Part shown: positions 42,033-52,676 of the stretch, one piece after another
Layout: every line of letters begins with the position of its first letter
Position numbering within the stretch: the stretch's first letter is position 1
NCBI GenBank assembly: GCA_037445735.1
Contig: JBBIJY010000007.1
Location: 41,701-105,700 of the forward strand
Reading direction: 5' to 3'
Source of the DNA: Armatimonadota bacterium
Lineage (GTDB): Bacteria > Armatimonadota > Fimbriimonadia > Fimbriimonadales > GBS-DC
DNA length: 64,000 nt
Translations under genes and position numbers: made by a program
The notes under the pieces: model-generated
The model's input: only the letters and a program-made list of their open reading frames with translations
The model's database searches: none
Told to the model about the DNA's origin: nothing

Positions 42033-42742
42033 CGCGGTTTGCGCTGGCGCGCCTTGAGGTAGGCGACCTCCATCAGGTCGAGCTGTTCGGGCGTCGGGCG
42101 CGAGGGAGACACTTCCGCGGTTGCCTTTGCCCGCTTGCGAGAGGCAGTACGGCTCTCCTCAGCAGCGCGTGAGGGCTTGCCTTTATCAGCCGCCGCCTTG
42201 CGAGCAGCGCGGGTCGGCTTGCTCTCGCTGGCGGACGACCTGCGCGACGGCTTTTCAGGTTTTGCGGGCGTTTCGGCTGGCTCTCTGGCGCGGCGTTTCG
42301 GCTGCTGGGTGGCGGTTGTGCGTGCTGATGCCCGCTTCTTTTCCTTCGCTTCGGGCTGGGCAGGGGCGGCAGGCGTCTGCGTTCGCGAGCGTGCGCCGCC
42401 ACGAGTGGGGCTGTACGCCTCCAGATCGCTCTCGGCAAGCAGCACCACATAGTTCAGCTGGAACGCCTTCTCCTCATCGGTCAGGCGGTTGCGTGCCTCC
42501 TCTGATAGCGAGTCGAACCATCGCCGATAGATTGCCTCCTGCTGCTCCGCGTGGCGCAGGCGCACTTCTTCAGGCAGGCTTTCGATATCGAGGCGGACGG
42601 CTATCTGTTGCGGGGTGTAGACTTTCAGCACGGTGCCGGTGGTGCTGGCGAGATAGGGCGCGTAGGAACCCTCCTGCGTCTCCCTGTCTGTCGCCGTGCG
42701 CTGTTTGACGCGCACCCGATCGCCTTCCCTGAACTTCGCCAT
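42029..42742 (-). CDS. Hypothetical protein (SH3-like N-domain, basic low-complexity tail)
   Basis: FREGDRVRV start; K/R/A/S-rich tail; GGTATACT 7 nt upstream of the ATG. Confidence 0.7.
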   Translation of the reverse strand: MAKFREGDRVRVKQRTATDRETQEGSYAPYLASTTGTVLKVYTPQQIAVRLDIESLPEEVRLRHAEQQEAIYRRWFDSLSEEARNRLTDEEKAFQLNYVVLLAESDLEAYSPTRGGARSRTQTPAAPAQPEAKEKKRASARTTATQQPKRRAREPAETPAKPEKPSRRSSASESKPTRAARKAAADKGKPSRAAEESRTASRKRAKATAEVSPSRPTPEQLDLMEVAYLKARQRKPR

Positions 42743-42828
42743 ATTAGAAAGTATACCCGCACGATGGCGATTGAGAAGCAGGAATCAGCAGCAGGTTCTC
42801 GTATAGTAGTGATGAGGAGGTCGCTCGC

Positions 42829-43515
42829 ATGAGCATCTGGGCGATTCGTGGGCTGTGGATACTGGGCGCACTGGCGCTGATTGTGGAGATGTTTATCCTC
42901 GCCAATCCGCGCTATCGGGTGCCGTCCCCCAGCGAATGGGAGACTTATGACACGCCGCGCTTCACTATTCGCAAGCCGAAGCGGTTCCGCGCGGGCGATC
43001 CCGAGTTTGGCAAGCTGTTCGCGCTGCCCGAACTCGGATTGATGAGCCACGATGTGGGGTTCTATCGGGGTCGGCGCACAGGTTTCGAAGTCTACTTCCG
43101 CCCGCTGCAGGAGATGCCGAACCCGCTGAGCCAGCTGGGTCAGATGGCTCCGCAACCGACCAACCCGAATGTGCATGTGGACATCGCTGCGCTGGTGCGC
43201 AAGCGCCACGATGAGCGCATCGCTGCCCTGCGCGATGATCCGCTCTACCTCAACTTTAACGAGGAAAAGCGTTCCATCGTGACGGTGCGCGGCGTGCGGG
43301 GCATCCGCAGCGAATATAAGCGCATGATTCCGCACCCCATCCCGCTGTTCAACATGTGGGTGAAAGGCTATGTGTTCACCGCGCCGATCTCCAGCGAGGA
43401 GGTCATCCACATTCACGCCTACTGCCCCGTCAGCTCGTATGAGGCATACCAGCAGGTGTTCGATCAGATGCTCGGCTCACTGACACTCAAGCAGCAACAG
43501 GGAGGCACACGATGA
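42829..43515 (+). CDS. Hypothetical membrane-anchored protein
   Basis: GAGGAGG RBS, N-terminal TM. Confidence 0.7.
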   Translation: MSIWAIRGLWILGALALIVEMFILANPRYRVPSPSEWETYDTPRFTIRKPKRFRAGDPEFGKLFALPELGLMSHDVGFYRGRRTGFEVYFRPLQEMPNPLSQLGQMAPQPTNPNVHVDIAALVRKRHDERIAALRDDPLYLNFNEEKRSIVTVRGVRGIRSEYKRMIPHPIPLFNMWVKGYVFTAPISSEEVIHIHAYCPVSSYEAYQQVFDQMLGSLTLKQQQGGTR

Positions 43516-44417
43516 ACCGCTGTCGCTGGTGTGGAATGGACAGTCGCGATCCGTATGTGTGCGAGTGGTGCAAGCGGGTGATGGCGACTGGTGCGCCGGC
43601 GCCGCCGGGCTACAAGCCCCAGATACCCGGCTCACCTGCGCCGTCCAGCGACCCGACGGTGATGACATCCCCACCGCCGTCGGTCAGCCCGCCGCCATCG
43701 GGTAGCCCGCCATCAGCCCCGCCTGCGGGCACAACCGCGCCGCCGTCCGATGTGATTGCCACGCCGATGGCGCCCCCAGGCGCATCAACACCTTCCCCCA
43801 CATCGCCAGTGCCGCCCGTTACCGCGACGCCGATGGCGCCTCCGGGCGCCCCACGCCCGACACCAACCGTCACCACCCCCACCGTCGCGCCCGGACAGGT
43901 TCGCATCCTGTACGAAATCCACGAAGGGCTGCCCTTCTTCCTGCGGCTGGAGCGGTTTCTGGCGGTGGTACTACCGCTGGCGGCAATCAATGTGATCATT
44001 CTCAGCCAGCGACCTGAATGGGCGCTCTGGAGCAATCTCGTTTACTTTTTTATTTTTGGTATGTGGATGCCCGGCTCTCAGCTGATTGGCACCATCGACG
44101 ATGTGGACGACTATCGCGATGTCGCTCTTGTGATGCTGATGAGCCTGTTCTGCTGTGGACCCATCGCCACGCTGGTGCTTTACTTCCTTGCCAGCGGGTT
44201 GCTCGCGCTTATTCTCAAAACTGACATGAACTGGTCCCTGATCGGGCTGTTGCTGGGCTACACGCTGATTCGCATCCTGTTCGATCTGGTACTGGTGCTG
44301 ATCGATGTGGAGGAGGTTGGCGATTTCATACGGCTGGGATTCTCGTTTGCCAACTTCTTCCTGCTGGTGGCGCTGTTTGGCGGCTGGTTGTTCGGCGGGA
44401 TGGTGCGCTCCGATTAG
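43512..44417 (+). CDS. Hypothetical membrane protein (Zn ribbon, Pro-rich linker, multi-TM)
   Basis: CRWC...CEWC, Pro/Ser/Thr linker, hydrophobic C-terminal half. Confidence 0.75.
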   Translation: MNRCRWCGMDSRDPYVCEWCKRVMATGAPAPPGYKPQIPGSPAPSSDPTVMTSPPPSVSPPPSGSPPSAPPAGTTAPPSDVIATPMAPPGASTPSPTSPVPPVTATPMAPPGAPRPTPTVTTPTVAPGQVRILYEIHEGLPFFLRLERFLAVVLPLAAINVIILSQRPEWALWSNLVYFFIFGMWMPGSQLIGTIDDVDDYRDVALVMLMSLFCCGPIATLVLYFLASGLLALILKTDMNWSLIGLLLGYTLIRILFDLVLVLIDVEEVGDFIRLGFSFANFFLLVALFGGWLFGGMVRSD

Positions 44418-44423
44418 GCAGTT

Positions 44424-45785
44424 TTACTCTGCTCGTTCGGCTTGAGGGCGGGTGAACAGTCGCAGGAGCAGCAGCCCTGCAACGCCCGCCAGTATGGAGC
44501 CGAGCAGCACGCCCATCTTCGCCAGATTGAGCGTCGGCTCCTGATAGGCGAGGTGCGCGATGAACAGCGCCATCGTGAAGCCGATCCCGCCCAGAAAGCC
44601 CACGCCGAGAATGTGCATCCAGCCAATGCTTGCTGGCAGCCGTGCCAGCCCGACCCGCACAGCCAGCCACGATGCCAGCGTGATGCCGAGCGGCTTGCCC
44701 ACAAGCAGCCCCAGCGCGACACCCCACAGCACGCGACTGCTCCACTCAATCTCGCTTTGCTCACCCACCACCGTCACGCCTGCGTTCGCCAGCGCGAATA
44801 GCGGCAGGATAGCAAACGCCACCCACGGATGCAGGATGTGTTCCAGTCGCTGCAGGGGCGATTGCACCCGCTCCGAAGCGCGTTCAATCGCCTCTACCGC
44901 TGACTGCTGGATCGGGTTAAGAATAATCGTTGCTGGATGTCGGGAGCTTTCCAGTCGGCGCAGATATTCGCGCACGCAGGCGACATATTCGTCAGGCGCA
45001 ATCCGCTGGCGCACAGGGATTGCCAGCGCACCCAGCACACCCGCTATCGTCGCATGCACGCCCGACTTCAGCATGAAGTACCACATCACGCAACCGATAA
45101 TGAAGTAGACGAGCGGGCTGCGCACGCCCAACCGATTCGCCAGCAGCATCCCGCCAAACGCGAGCAGGGCATAGAGGAAAGCGTTCGTGTTCAGGCTTTC
45201 GGTGTAAAAGAGAGCAATCACCAGCACTGCGCCGATGTCGTCAATAATCGCCAGCGCGCTGAGAAAAACCTTCAGCGCAAGTGATGCGCGCGTGCCCAGC
45301 AGCGCCAGCACGCCCAGCGCGAAGGCGATATCGGTCGCCATCGGGATACCCCAGCCACGCACTGCGGGTGTGCCTGCGTTCAGCGCGTAGAAAATCAGCG
45401 CGGGCGCGACCATGCCCCCCACAGCGGCAGCGATTGGCAACATCGCCTGACGCCACGACGCCAGCTCGCCCACCAGCAGCTCGCGCTTGATCTCCATCCC
45501 GACGATGAAGAAAAACATCGCCATCAGCCCATCGTTGATCCAGAGCAGCAGGGGCTTGTCCAGCACGAGCCACTCGCCAAAACGCACCTCCACAGGCGTT
45601 TGCCAGAGCCGAAAATAGCCTGCCGCGAGCGGCGAGTTCGCCCATAATAACGCAACTACGGCGCACAATATCAGCAGAACGCCGCTGGACGATTCTCGCT
45701 GGGCGAACTCCTGAAAGGGGCGTGTCAGGCGTTCAACAGGCAGAGGGCGCCCTGGCAGCGTACGCGAGCGTGAACGGGTCGGCAT
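44424..45785 (-). CDS. nhaA: Na+/H+ antiporter NhaA
   Basis: WINDGLM, GWGIPMATDIAFALG, LAIIDD, GIGFTM. Confidence 0.96.
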   Translation of the reverse strand: MPTRSRSRTLPGRPLPVERLTRPFQEFAQRESSSGVLLILCAVVALLWANSPLAAGYFRLWQTPVEVRFGEWLVLDKPLLLWINDGLMAMFFFIVGMEIKRELLVGELASWRQAMLPIAAAVGGMVAPALIFYALNAGTPAVRGWGIPMATDIAFALGVLALLGTRASLALKVFLSALAIIDDIGAVLVIALFYTESLNTNAFLYALLAFGGMLLANRLGVRSPLVYFIIGCVMWYFMLKSGVHATIAGVLGALAIPVRQRIAPDEYVACVREYLRRLESSRHPATIILNPIQQSAVEAIERASERVQSPLQRLEHILHPWVAFAILPLFALANAGVTVVGEQSEIEWSSRVLWGVALGLLVGKPLGITLASWLAVRVGLARLPASIGWMHILGVGFLGGIGFTMALFIAHLAYQEPTLNLAKMGVLLGSILAGVAGLLLLRLFTRPQAERAE

Positions 45786-45787
45786 GG

Positions 45788-46552
<765 letters not shown>

Positions 46553-46605
46553 ATCGAGCCTCCTGCAGGGGGTATTGTACCCCTTCTGGGTATAATCGAG
46601 CCGAT

Positions 46606-48585
46606 ATGTTTCGGCTCAGTACCGAGTTCACCCCGCGTGGTGATCAGCCGGAGGCAATTGCGAAGCTGGTGGAAGGACTTCGCAAGGGCTACGATTTTCA
46701 GACTCTGCTGGGCGCAACGGGCACCGGCAAAACCTTCACGATGGCTGCTGTGATTGCGGAGGTGCAGCGCCCCGCGCTGGTAATCGCGCATAACAAAACG
46801 CTCGCCGCTCAGCTCTGTCAGGAGTTCCGTGCCTTCTTCCCTGAAAACGCTGTGCAATATTTCATCAGCTACTATGACTACTATCAACCAGAAGCCTATA
46901 TCCCTCAGACCGACACCTATATCGAGAAGACTGCCTCTATCAATGACGAGATTGATCGCCTGCGCCATGCTGCCACGCAGGCGGTGCTGGAGCGCCGCGA
47001 TGTGGTGGTGGTTGCCAGCGTGTCATGCATCTATGGGCTTGGCTCGCCCCAGGAGTACCTGCGCAGCATCGTCACGGTGAAGCGTGGCGATATTCTGAAC
47101 CCGCGCGAGCTGGCGATGCGTCTGGTGGAGTTGCAATATGTGCGTTCCGATATGGTGCTGGGGCGCGGCACCTTCCGCATTCGGGGCGATGTGATCGATG
47201 TGCAACCCGCCGATGAGGAGCTGGTGACCCGCATCGAGCTGTTCGGCGACGAGGTGGAACGCATCTACGAATATGACCCGCTCAAAGGCGAAATCATCGC
47301 TGAGCTGGAACGAGCCACCTTCTTCCCCGCCACCCACTATGTAACACCCTGGGATCGGCTTGACCAGATTATCGAGCAGATTCGCGAGGAGCTGGAGCAA
47401 CAGGTGCGCTACTTTGAGTCGCAGGGGCGCCTGCTGGAGGCACAGCGTATTCGCCAGCGCACGGAGATGGACATGGAGATGATGCGCGAGCTGGGCTACT
47501 GTAACGGCATCGAGAACTATTCGCGCTACTTCGACGGGCGCAAGCCTGGTGAACCGCCCTACACGCTGCTGGACTACTTTCCTGACGACTTTATTGTGTT
47601 CATCGACGAGTCGCACCAGACGGTGCCCCAGCTACGCGGTATGTATAACGGCGACCTGCAGCGCAAGAAGACGCTCGTGGAGTACGGTTTTCGGCTGCCC
47701 TCCGCGATGGATAACCGCCCGTTGCGCTTCGAGGAGTTTCTGGAGCGCGTGAAGCAGGTGATTTTTGTGTCGGCGACACCAGGACCATTCGAGCGCAAAG
47801 TAAGCAAGCAGATTGTGGAGCAGATTATCCGCCCGACAGGGCTGGTCGATCCCGAGATTATCGTGCGCCCGACTGCTGGGCAGATCGACGATCTGGTCAG
47901 CGAGATTCGACACCGTATCGAGCGCGACGAGCGCGTGCTGGTGACCACGCTGACCAAGAAGATGGCAGAAGACCTCACAGAGTATCTGCAGGAGCTGGGC
48001 ATTCGCGTGCAGTACCTGCACTCCGATGTGCAGACTCTGGAGCGAGCCGAGATTCTGCGCGATCTGCGGCTGGGCGTGTATGATGTGGTGGTGGGCGTGA
48101 ACCTTCTACGCGAGGGGCTTGACCTGCCCGAGGTGTCGCTGGTGGCGGTGCTGGATGCCGATAAGGAGGGGTTCCTGCGTTCTGAGACCGCCCTGATTCA
48201 GACCATCGGGCGTGCCGCTCGCAACAAGTTCGGGCAGGTGATTCTATACGCCGACCGAATCACTGGCTCGATGCAGCGTGCTATCGATGAGACCAATCGC
48301 CGCCGCCAGATTCAGCTGGAATACAATCGCCAGCATGGGATCGAGCCCGAAACGGTTCGCAAGGAGGTTCGCGAGACCGTGCGTGCCTACAGGGTGGCGG
48401 AAGAGCGTGAAGCCTATCGTGTGGTGGATACTGATCGCGTCGCCTTTGAGGATTTGCCGCTGGTTATCAACAAGCTGGAGCAGGAGATGCGTGAGGCAGC
48501 TAAAGCGCTGGAGTTCGAGCGGGCGGCGATTTTGCGCGACGAGATTCAGCGTTTACGCAGGATTCTGGAGCAGACGCGCGTATAG
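46606..48585 (+). CDS. uvrB: Excinuclease ABC subunit B
   Basis: [32 protein letters not shown]-terminal UVR domain. Confidence 0.98.
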   Translation: MFRLSTEFTPRGDQPEAIAKLVEGLRKGYDFQTLLGATGTGKTFTMAAVIAEVQRPALVIAHNKTLAAQLCQEFRAFFPENAVQYFISYYDYYQPEAYIPQTDTYIEKTASINDEIDRLRHAATQAVLERRDVVVVASVSCIYGLGSPQEYLRSIVTVKRGDILNPRELAMRLVELQYVRSDMVLGRGTFRIRGDVIDVQPADEELVTRIELFGDEVERIYEYDPLKGEIIAELERATFFPATHYVTPWDRLDQIIEQIREELEQQVRYFESQGRLLEAQRIRQRTEMDMEMMRELGYCNGIENYSRYFDGRKPGEPPYTLLDYFPDDFIVFIDESHQTVPQLRGMYNGDLQRKKTLVEYGFRLPSAMDNRPLRFEEFLERVKQVIFVSATPGPFERKVSKQIVEQIIRPTGLVDPEIIVRPTAGQIDDLVSEIRHRIERDERVLVTTLTKKMAEDLTEYLQELGIRVQYLHSDVQTLERAEILRDLRLGVYDVVVGVNLLREGLDLPEVSLVAVLDADKEGFLRSETALIQTIGRAARNKFGQVILYADRITGSMQRAIDETNRRRQIQLEYNRQHGIEPETVRKEVRETVRAYRVAEEREAYRVVDTDRVAFEDLPLVINKLEQEMREAAKALEFERAAILRDEIQRLRRILEQTRV

Positions 48586-48590
48586 TGCGA

Positions 48591-48656
48591 CTCCAGAAGG
48601 CAGATGTCGCTGCCGAAAATGGAGAGACTCCAGATTCGGGGCCCCTCTGCCGATAA
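48591..48656 (+). promoter_or_regulatory. Two tandem sigma28-type promoters
   Basis: CTCCAG-N15-GCCGAAAA (48591-48619) and CTCCAG-N15-GCCGATAA (48628-48656). Confidence 0.75.
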
Positions 48657-48674
48657 TAGGCAGTGAAGTAAGCC

Positions 48675-48760
48675 GAGGCAGAAAAGGGCAAACCTGCAGC
48701 GATGCAGGGGCGCAAAGCCCAGGGGTCTGCCTGGAATGGCAGATAGCCGGGTTGCCTGTC
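48675..48760 (+). ncRNA. Cyclic di-GMP-I (GEMM) riboswitch
   Basis: AGGGCAAACC-TGCA-GCGA-TGCA-GGGGCGCAAAGCC...GGTCT...ATAGCCGGGTTGCC matches the GEMM consensus. Confidence 0.88.
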
Positions 48761-48804
48761 TCCGGTTTGCTGAAACCATTCAGCAAGAGAAGGAGGCAGA
48801 AACG

Positions 48805-49092
48805 ATGCAAATCTCGCTGGAAGAGGTACGCAAGGTGGTGGCGACCTTTCATCGGAGCCATCAACAGACGAATCTGCCTCTGGAGCCTGTACCTGAACCG
48901 GTGCAGGTTTCCGAGGAGGAGAACCGTCGCCTGGCACAGGAGGTGGCGCGTGAACTCTGTGCCACTCCCGATGTGCGCGAGGAGCGTGTGAACGAACTCA
49001 AACAGCAGATGGCCACCGGCGAATACACGGTCTCTGCGGAGATGGTCACCAGCGCGATTATTCGGCGCATGCTGGCAGACCGCATCCGCTGA
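48805..49092 (+). CDS. flgM: Anti-sigma28 factor FlgM
   Basis: PDVREERVNELKQQMATGEYTVSAEMV FlgM C-terminal motif; AGGAGG RBS. Confidence 0.85.
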   Translation: MQISLEEVRKVVATFHRSHQQTNLPLEPVPEPVQVSEEENRRLAQEVARELCATPDVREERVNELKQQMATGEYTVSAEMVTSAIIRRMLADRIR

Positions 49093-49159
49093 ATTTGTCT
49101 GACAACTTGCAGGGGGACAGAAAGTGTCCCCCTAACGCTCCATTTTTGCAGGAATTGCT

Positions 49160-49969
49160 GTGCCCGCCACGAATCCAGCTGCCGTGGCAAACGCGGGCTG
49201 GCTTCTGGCGGTTGTGAATCAGAAGGGCGGCGTCGGCAAGACCACTACCGCTGTTAATCTGGCAGCGGCTCTGGCAGCACAGGGTGATGAGGTGCTGCTG
49301 GTGGACACGGACCCGCAAATGAATGCGACCAGCGGGCTGGGTATTCCCACTGCCGAGCTGGAGTACGACCTTTTCAGCGCGCTGCAGGAGGAATGTCCCA
49401 TAGAAAAGGCGATTGTGCCCACTGGACGCGCACATCTGTATCTGATTCCCGCCAGCATCGAGCTGGCGGGGATCGATCTGCTGTTTGCCACGCGCATCGC
49501 CCGCGAAACAGTGTTGCGCACGCAGCTGAACTCCTTGCGAGAGCGCTACCAGTGGATTATCGTTGATACCCCACCTTCTCTGGGACTGCTAACAGTCAAC
49601 GCACTGGTCGCAGCAGATGGACTGATTGTGCCGCTTCAATGCGAGTATTACGCGCTGGAGGGTCTCTCGCGCCTGATGCAGACCATCGATCTGGTCAGGC
49701 AACACCTGAATCCGAGGCTTGAAATCTGGAAGGTGCTGCTGACGATGCATGATCCCCGCACGAAGCTGGCAGAGCAGGTAGAGGCAGAGGTGCGCAAGTT
49801 TTTCGGGGCAAAAGTGGCACGCACGGTGATTCCGCGTAATGTGCGTGTAGGCGAGGCGCCCAGCTATGGTCAACCCGTGGTAGAGTACGATCCCCGTTCG
49901 CGGGGGGCGATTGCATATCAGGCATTTGCACAGGAGGTGAAAGCTTATGGCGCGTCGCGGGCTGGGTAA
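49160..49969 (+). CDS. parA: Chromosome partition ATPase ParA/Soj
   Basis: NQKGGVGKTT, DTPPSLG, QCEYYALEG, IPRNVR..EAPSYG. Confidence 0.95.
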   Translation: MPATNPAAVANAGWLLAVVNQKGGVGKTTTAVNLAAALAAQGDEVLLVDTDPQMNATSGLGIPTAELEYDLFSALQEECPIEKAIVPTGRAHLYLIPASIELAGIDLLFATRIARETVLRTQLNSLRERYQWIIVDTPPSLGLLTVNALVAADGLIVPLQCEYYALEGLSRLMQTIDLVRQHLNPRLEIWKVLLTMHDPRTKLAEQVEAEVRKFFGAKVARTVIPRNVRVGEAPSYGQPVVEYDPRSRGAIAYQAFAQEVKAYGASRAG

Positions 49970-50819
49970 AGGATTGAGCGCGTTACTCGCTCAAAGCGAG
50001 CTGGAAAGCAACATGGTTCAGGAGATTCCTGTCGAGCAGGTTCGCCCGAACCCCTATCAACCGCGCCGAACCTTTGATGAGGAGTCGTTGCGCGAGCTGG
50101 CAGAGTCGATACGGCAGGTAGGCGTTCTGCAACCGATTATTGTGCGCAAGGAAGGAGCCGAAGAATACATTCTGGTCGCTGGCGAGCGTCGCCTGCGTGC
50201 AGCACAGATGGCAGGACTGGAGCGTATTCCTGCTATTGTACGCACACCGTCCGAGCAGCAGATGCTGGAGATGGCTCTGATTGAGAACCTTCAGCGTGAA
50301 GATATTAATCCCATCGATGCAGCACTGGCTTACAGACATCTAATGGAGGAGTTTGGGTTAACCCAGGAGCAGGTAGCGCAGCGTGTCGGTAAGAGTGTGC
50401 CTGCCATCTCAAACACTCTGCGCCTGCTTCAACTGCCCCCCTATATCCAGGAGAGCATTCAGAGCGGTCTCATCAGTGAGGGGCATGGGCGTGCGCTGTT
50501 GATGGTCAAAGACCCCGTGCAGCAGCGACAGCTGTGGCAGCAGATTACCACTGATGGCTTGAGCGTGCGGGCGACAGAGCTGCGTGCGCGTGAGTTGCGA
50601 TCACCTGAACAGCCTGTTAATCCAGGTCCGCGCTCTCATCCCCTGCCCTCCGCTCCCCCGCCAGAAGTCAGGGCGCTGGAGCATAATCTGAGCGCGTATC
50701 TGGGCACAAAGGTGAAGGTGGTTTATATGGAAGGGGGGGCGGGGCGAATCGTGATCGAGTTCTACTCAGAAGAGGAACTGGGGCGGATATTGGAAACAAT
50801 TGCCCCCAGCGGGTTTTAG
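49947..50819 (+). CDS. parB: Chromosome partition protein ParB/Spo0J
   Basis: RRGLGKGL, NPYQPR, AGERRLRA, ENLQREDIN, HTH. Confidence 0.96.
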   Translation: MARRGLGKGLSALLAQSELESNMVQEIPVEQVRPNPYQPRRTFDEESLRELAESIRQVGVLQPIIVRKEGAEEYILVAGERRLRAAQMAGLERIPAIVRTPSEQQMLEMALIENLQREDINPIDAALAYRHLMEEFGLTQEQVAQRVGKSVPAISNTLRLLQLPPYIQESIQSGLISEGHGRALLMVKDPVQQRQLWQQITTDGLSVRATELRARELRSPEQPVNPGPRSHPLPSAPPPEVRALEHNLSAYLGTKVKVVYMEGGAGRIVIEFYSEEELGRILETIAPSGF

Positions 50820-50826
50820 GTAGGGG

Positions 50827-50842
50827 GTTTTCATGTGAAAAC
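50827..50842. promoter_or_regulatory. Putative variant parS site
   Basis: GTTTTCATGTGAAAAC palindrome just after the parB stop; shares the TTTCA-N-GTGAAA core with canonical TGTTTCACGTGAAACA. Confidence 0.65.
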
Positions 50843-50878
50843 CCGTTCCCAACCATATGAGCCATAGAGGAAATAGCG

Positions 50879-52075
50879 ATGGAGATGAATCCTGAGAGGC
50901 AACGGGCACGCGAACGATTCCGCCAGATGCGGTTTGGGATGTTCATTCACTGGGGCTTCTACTCCCTGTTGGGGCGTGGCGAATGGGTGATGTACCATGA
51001 GAAAATCCCCGTTCAGGAATATGAACCGCTAATGCACCAGTTCAATCCTGTGCGCTATAATCCGCATGAATGGGTTGCACTGGCAAAACGTGCAGGCATG
51101 CGCTACATCACCATCACTGCCAAACATCACGACGGCTTCTGTATGTATGACAGCGATCTGACCGACTATAAAATTACCAACTCGCCCTATCAGCGTGATG
51201 CAATTGGCGAACTGGTGCGCGAGTGCCGCCGACAGCGTATAGCCATCCTGTTCTACTACTCACCGCTGGACTGGCATCATCCTGCCTACAATTCCGACTG
51301 GGACACCTACACACGCTACTGGCACGGACAGGTGCTGGAGCTTATCCGCAAATACAAGCCTTTTGGAATCTGGCTTGATGGCTGCTGGCATAAGCCCGCA
51401 AACCTTGATGCCACCTGGAAACTCACCAATCTCTATCGCGAGATGCGCCGCATAGCGCCTGGCATCCTGATAGGCAACAATCACCACCAGCAACCTCTAC
51501 CCGATGAGGATATACAGACCTTCGAACAGGATTTGCCGGGCGAAAATACCGCTGGCTTTAACAAAACAATGCCGATGGAAGGCGCACTCTATGAAACATG
51601 CCTCACCATCAACAACAGTTGGGGCTATAATGCCCACGACAACAACCACAAATCCCCTGAACAGCTGATTCGCCTGTTAGCTGAATGTGCAGGCAGAGAC
51701 GCGAACCTGCTGCTGAATGTGGGACCAAAGCCCGACGGTACTATTCAGGCGGAACATCAGGAGCGGCTTGAGCGAATGGGGCTGTGGCTCCAGAAGAATG
51801 GCAAAGCGATTTACGGCACGCGCGGGCGTGTCTTTGAAACGACACCATGGGGCACTGCCACACGCACTGAGCGAGCCATCTACCTTCATGTCTGGAACCT
51901 ACCTGAGCCATACCACATCAGCTTGCAATTACCCTCTGTGCGAATCAGGCGAGCGCGCCTGTTAGCAACAGGTAAGCCCCTGAAAGTAGACCAGCAGGGC
52001 GAGCTGGTGCAGATCAGCGTGCCTAAACCATTGCCTGACCCGGTAAACACCGTTATTCAGATGGAGGTTGAATGA
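50879..52075 (+). CDS. Alpha-L-fucosidase (GH29)
   Basis: FGMFIHWG, AKHHDGF, IWLDG, LLNVGP..DG, AIYGT. Confidence 0.9.
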   Translation: MEMNPERQRARERFRQMRFGMFIHWGFYSLLGRGEWVMYHEKIPVQEYEPLMHQFNPVRYNPHEWVALAKRAGMRYITITAKHHDGFCMYDSDLTDYKITNSPYQRDAIGELVRECRRQRIAILFYYSPLDWHHPAYNSDWDTYTRYWHGQVLELIRKYKPFGIWLDGCWHKPANLDATWKLTNLYREMRRIAPGILIGNNHHQQPLPDEDIQTFEQDLPGENTAGFNKTMPMEGALYETCLTINNSWGYNAHDNNHKSPEQLIRLLAECAGRDANLLLNVGPKPDGTIQAEHQERLERMGLWLQKNGKAIYGTRGRVFETTPWGTATRTERAIYLHVWNLPEPYHISLQLPSVRIRRARLLATGKPLKVDQQGELVQISVPKPLPDPVNTVIQMEVE

Positions 52076-52676
52076 GATGGAACGATCAGAACTGCTGTTG
52101 AGCCGAGAGCGTTCGGTGCTGGTGGTAGTCGATATGCAGGCACCGTTTCTGGAGGCAATCAAGGTAGCGGCGCTAATTGAGCAGAATATCGGGTTTCTGC
52201 TGCAGGCTGCCAGGCAGCTGAATGTGCCCGTACTGGCGACCCTGCAAAATCGCGAGCGGCTCGGTGACCTCGTGCCCTCGCTTCAGCCACTGCTACCTGA
52301 ATCAACCGCCCCTATTGACAAGCTCTGCTTTAGCTGCGTCGGTGCGGAGCCATTTGGCAGAGCCTTGCAGGAAACAGGGCGTCAGCAGGTAGTGCTGACG
52401 GGCATCGAGGCGCACATCTGCATCCTGCAGACCGCGCTCGATTTATTAAAGGCGGGCTATCAGGTGCATGTGCCCTACGATGCAGTTGCCAGCCGGGGCA
52501 AGCGCGAATGGAAGTATGCTCTGCTACGCTTGCAACATGCAGGCGCCATCATTACCAGTGTCGAGTCGGTGACCTATGAATGGCTCTATCAGGCTGGCAC
52601 GGATGAGTTTCGACAGGTACTGCCCCTGATCAAAGAGCGAGAGCAGCTCTTCCGAAAGAAGGATGAAGAGGAGTAA
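52068..52676 (+). CDS. Isochorismatase-family hydrolase
   Basis: VVVDMQ, KLCFSC, GIEAHICILQT, DAVASR. Confidence 0.9.
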   Translation: MNEMERSELLLSRERSVLVVVDMQAPFLEAIKVAALIEQNIGFLLQAARQLNVPVLATLQNRERLGDLVPSLQPLLPESTAPIDKLCFSCVGAEPFGRALQETGRQQVVLTGIEAHICILQTALDLLKAGYQVHVPYDAVASRGKREWKYALLRLQHAGAIITSVESVTYEWLYQAGTDEFRQVLPLIKEREQLFRKKDEEE

